DNA of 64,000 bases, from positions 7,366-71,365 of the forward strand of contig JAGRNR010000007.1 in NCBI GenBank assembly GCA_020440645.1. The letters are read 5' to 3'. Origin of the DNA: a bacterium. Lineage in GTDB: Bacteria; 4484-113; JAFGCY01. Of the stretch, positions 63,942 through 64,000 are shown in pieces. The position numbers were made by a program, and so were the translations under genes. Below the pieces are notes generated by a model, which worked only from the letters and a program-made list of their open reading frames with translations, made no database searches and was not told the origin of the DNA. Position 1 is the stretch's first letter, and every line of letters starts with the position of its first letter.

Positions 63942-64000
63942 TAATCGCGTACTAGAATTAAGGTCATCCGTTTGGCATTCATGCCGGGCGGGTGACCTTT

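Noticed and set aside
63961-64000. Long hairpin AAGGTCATCCG...CGGGTGACCTT at the window end, considered as the terminator of the last gene.
   Set aside because: The stem is plausible (one G-U pair), but the window ends before any T-tract can be seen, so it is not reported as a feature.

Overview
About 58-62% GC bacterial chromosomal DNA, densely coded, with no rRNA, CRISPR array, transposase or integrase visible. The host looks like a diderm whose outer membrane is tethered by OmpM-type porins (SLH domain, coiled coil, beta-barrel); I cannot assign a lineage. Left to right: two cytoplasmic PAS sensor kinases (one fused to a full NarL-type regulator); a secreted glycosidase pair (GH101-like plus alpha-galactosidase-like); the housekeeping block tsaC-prmC-prfA-DUF1385-rpmE; a membrane protein/LarA-like/cupin operon and a GAF-HD-GYP protein; four tandem genes for unusually large (about 350 aa) type IV pilin-like proteins; class I aldolase, a CsoR-family repressor and tRNA-Ile(GAU); a MacA-like adaptor with three tandem MacB/FtsX-type permeases and no ATPase; a 1036-aa protein with two degenerate kinase domains, a degenerate PP2C domain and TPRs; an SLH porin; M42 peptidase, CE4 deacetylase and an LplA-like ligase; and a lower-GC patch with hicBA and two SLH-module repeat proteins. 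The most interesting region is 47.9-55.7 kb on the minus strand. It encodes an SLH porin, a 9-heme lipoprotein cytochrome, a 12+2-heme cytochrome, a 568-aa beta-barrel with an N-terminal CxxC cluster and a tetraheme cytochrome. This reproduces MtrC-MtrA-MtrB gene order from apparently non-Mtr parts, so I propose it as a candidate novel porin-cytochrome extracellular electron conduit. The right end holds ordinary metabolic genes (aminotransferase, acetoacetyl-CoA synthetase, VOC, OYE, DinB). At least nine genes have a TAnAAT -10 box exactly 6 nt before the start codon and no SD, implying leaderless mRNAs. All family assignments come from motif reading by eye and need HMM or structure confirmation.
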